27,954 bases of DNA from IMG/VR virus record IMGVR_UViG_3300042975_000097. One strand, given 5' to 3'. This DNA is from a virus (Duplodnaviria; Heunggongvirae; Uroviricota; Caudoviricetes). Each line of letters starts with the position of its first letter. Position 1 is the stretch's first letter. Below the pieces are notes generated by a model. It saw only the letters and a list, made by a program, of their open reading frames with translations. It searched no databases and was not told where the DNA came from. The translations under genes were made by a program, and so were the position numbers. Below are positions 26,079 through 27,954 of this stretch, piece by piece.

Positions 26079-26215
26079 GCTCTACGTCGATTACGCTCAC
26101 ACGATAAGCAGACACTTGCCGTATGAGCGTATTTTCTCGACGGCGTCGGGAAAACGGCGTTTTCGATACCACGGGGTCACAAAACCGCGTTATCGCGTTC
26201 TACGTGGCTTACAGC
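26079..26215 (+). repeat. Element B copy 5 (hairpin tip inverted)
   Basis: Aligns with the other copies; 26101-26122 is in the same flipped state as copy 4. Confidence 0.9.
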
Positions 26216-26293
26216 CGCCGCGCGCCACCGAAGACGGCGATCGCCGACACGCCGCTTCCCGACCGGCCTGCCGCGCGTGCTATCATGGTGCCC

Positions 26294-26692
26294 ATGAGCA
26301 GAGAACGAACCATCAGGGGATGGTCGAAGGCCGGCATGAGCATGGGCGAGCGGGCGCGGGCGAACCGCATCACCGTCATCGAGGACGTCGCGCGGTTCCG
26401 GGACGCCGACGGTCGCCCGCACATGGCCGGCACGGTCGGCGACGCTGGGCACCGGACGATGCTCGTCAGGGCCGTCGAGGACCGTATGGGCGTCATGCGC
26501 TACGGTTCGCCGGGGAAGGGCGACGGCGAGGGGCGGACGGTCATCATACTGACCACCAGCGGCGAGCCGTCGCATGACCGCGAGTTCGATCGTCGTGACG
26601 ACATGGACGGGGTGCTCCGGTTGGCGCACCGCATGAGAGAGGCGCATCTCGCCGACGTGATCCGCGTCGTGGACTCGCTGCCGATCGCCTGA
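26294..26692 (+). CDS. Hypothetical protein (132 aa), probably leaderless
   Basis: TGCTATCAT-GGTGCCC-ATG; no RBS. Confidence 0.55.
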   Translation: MSRERTIRGWSKAGMSMGERARANRITVIEDVARFRDADGRPHMAGTVGDAGHRTMLVRAVEDRMGVMRYGSPGKGDGEGRTVIILTTSGEPSHDREFDRRDDMDGVLRLAHRMREAHLADVIRVVDSLPIA

Positions 26693-26889
26693 ACCGTTTT
26701 ACGTGAGCGGGTTCACACCGCGCGCGCTACCGACCGCGGCCGTCCTCCGACGTCATCGGATTGACGCTCGCCGGCTGCTTGCGGTTCATGAACCCGTTGC
26801 GTGTCACATGCCTCCGGGCGTGTCGCGAAGTGCTCCATGCTATCATGGGAGAGCAAGGAACAAGGAACGGTAGTTACAAGGAGAATCTC

Positions 26890-27075
26890 ATGGCACTGTC
26901 AATCAGGGAAATGATCGCTAAGGTCGCGGACGATACGCAATCCATCGATGACATGCTGAGCGCGTGGCTCTACGAGCATGATGACGGGGTCACGGATCAG
27001 GATGCGGTGGATATAGCCGATTCGATTCACGAGCACCTGTCATCGGCCGTGGAACTGGCGGCGACGTTGGAGTAG
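26890..27075 (+). CDS. Small acidic helical protein (61 aa)
   Basis: AAGGAG RBS; motif-C promoter at 26817-26846; followed by a terminator. Confidence 0.7.
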   Translation: MALSIREMIAKVADDTQSIDDMLSAWLYEHDDGVTDQDAVDIADSIHEHLSSAVELAATLE

Positions 27076-27090
27076 GGGTGAGCCAATAGG

Positions 27091-27142
27091 GCCGGCCCGC
27101 GGGGAACCACGAATGCGGAACCCCGCGGGCCGGCTTGTTTTC
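27091..27142 (+). terminator. Intrinsic terminator
   Basis: 14-bp perfect stem GCCGGCCCGCGGGG/CCCCGCGGGCCGGC followed by TTGTTTTC. Confidence 0.75.
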
Positions 27143-27188
27143 TCCGTGTTGGCCACCGTGCGAGGCGTATGCCATCGCCGGCGGGCGC

Positions 27189-27954
27189 TTACCTGATGTC
27201 GGCGCCGCCTAGCTTCTCCATCCACTTCAAATCATCGGGGATGTTCTCCGTGACCCCGCAATCGTCGAACACTCGCATCTCGTCATGCTCATGCGCGGTG
27301 AGGAACGCGTTCAGGTCGATGCCGGGTTCGCCGTACTTGTAGAACTCCCCGGTCCCCGGACCCGTCTCCTGCAGAACGATGAACGGGAGGCCCGTGTTCT
27401 TGGTGTACTGATCGGCGGCGGCCGCCTTCGCTGCGAGCAGCGCCGGCGAATCGTAGGCGGTCGAGCCTTTGATCTCCACGAGAACCGGTTTCACCGCGCC
27501 CGTGTCCAGCGAGCGGACGAACAAGTGGTAATCGGGGAAGAAGTTGGCGCGCTTCGCCTCGCCTCCCTCCGAGTATGACACCATGAGGTGGATGCCGAGC
27601 GAGAACGTGATCTCCGAGTGCGCTGACGGCAGTTTCTGCAGAGCCACGAGTTCGCGATCGTGAAGCCCGCCTATGACCATGCGCTCGAAATCACGCTCCG
27701 GCGACGATGGGGTCGCAGGGTCGATACGGTACGCCACATGCTCATCGGCGGCATCACGGTACAATGCATGGGACACCATGTAATCACCCAGCGGCGCGCA
27801 GTTGCGGTTCACCAGCATGTGCTTCGGCAGGCTGTGCGCGCCCGTGAGCGATAGTCTCGACTGGGATGTCGATACGGGTTCATCATCATTCACGGGGTCG
27901 AACACGCGATCGTCGGCGAACGCCTTCACCAGGTCGATGACGGCCTGCCTGTTA
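27189..27954 (-). CDS. C-terminal part of a type III restriction (Res)-like PD-(D/E)xK endonuclease; 5' end beyond window
   Basis: FFPDY..VLVEIKG...AKAAAADQY motif; frame stays open to the window edge. Confidence 0.6.
   Translation of the reverse strand, partial: NRQAVIDLVKAFADDRVFDPVNDDEPVSTSQSRLSLTGAHSLPKHMLVNRNCAPLGDYMVSHALYRDAADEHVAYRIDPATPSSPERDFERMVIGGLHDRELVALQKLPSAHSEITFSLGIHLMVSYSEGGEAKRANFFPDYHLFVRSLDTGAVKPVLVEIKGSTAYDSPALLAAKAAAADQYTKNTGLPFIVLQETGPGTGEFYKYGEPGIDLNAFLTAHEHDEMRVFDDCGVTENIPDDLKWMEKLGGADIR

Noticed and set aside
27091-27180. tRNA-like structure
   Set aside because: A single GC hairpin plus T-tract fits a terminator; no D/T-loop consensus.

Overview
A GC-rich accessory region, most likely from a large actinobacterial mobile element (plasmid, ICE or phage; inferred from gene content and TANNNT/leaderless promoters). 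No housekeeping, rRNA, tRNA, CRISPR-cas or phage structural genes were recognised. Contents: three IS607-family elements (tnpA serine recombinase + tnpB; two near-identical 2103-bp copies and one divergent element with a frameshifted tnpB), an internally deleted IS605-type mini-element that keeps both ends, decayed AbiE-like and HicAB-like toxin-antitoxin modules, a DRB0094/Rnl2-type RNA ligase, a DUF1281/YubB-like gene, a partial type III Res-like nuclease, many short phage-like hypothetical genes and an expanded family of two-TM membrane proteins. The most unusual signals are non-coding: (A) a 35-bp motif present 7 times on one strand, mostly as pairs about 135-150 bp apart; (B) a ~135-bp multi-hairpin element present 5 times, whose 22-bp hairpin tip is inverted in two copies; (C) a recurrent GGCGTGTCGCG-N13-TANNNT promoter architecture; (D) a tight cluster of DnaA boxes. 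Protein family calls come from motif recognition by eye and need HMM confirmation.
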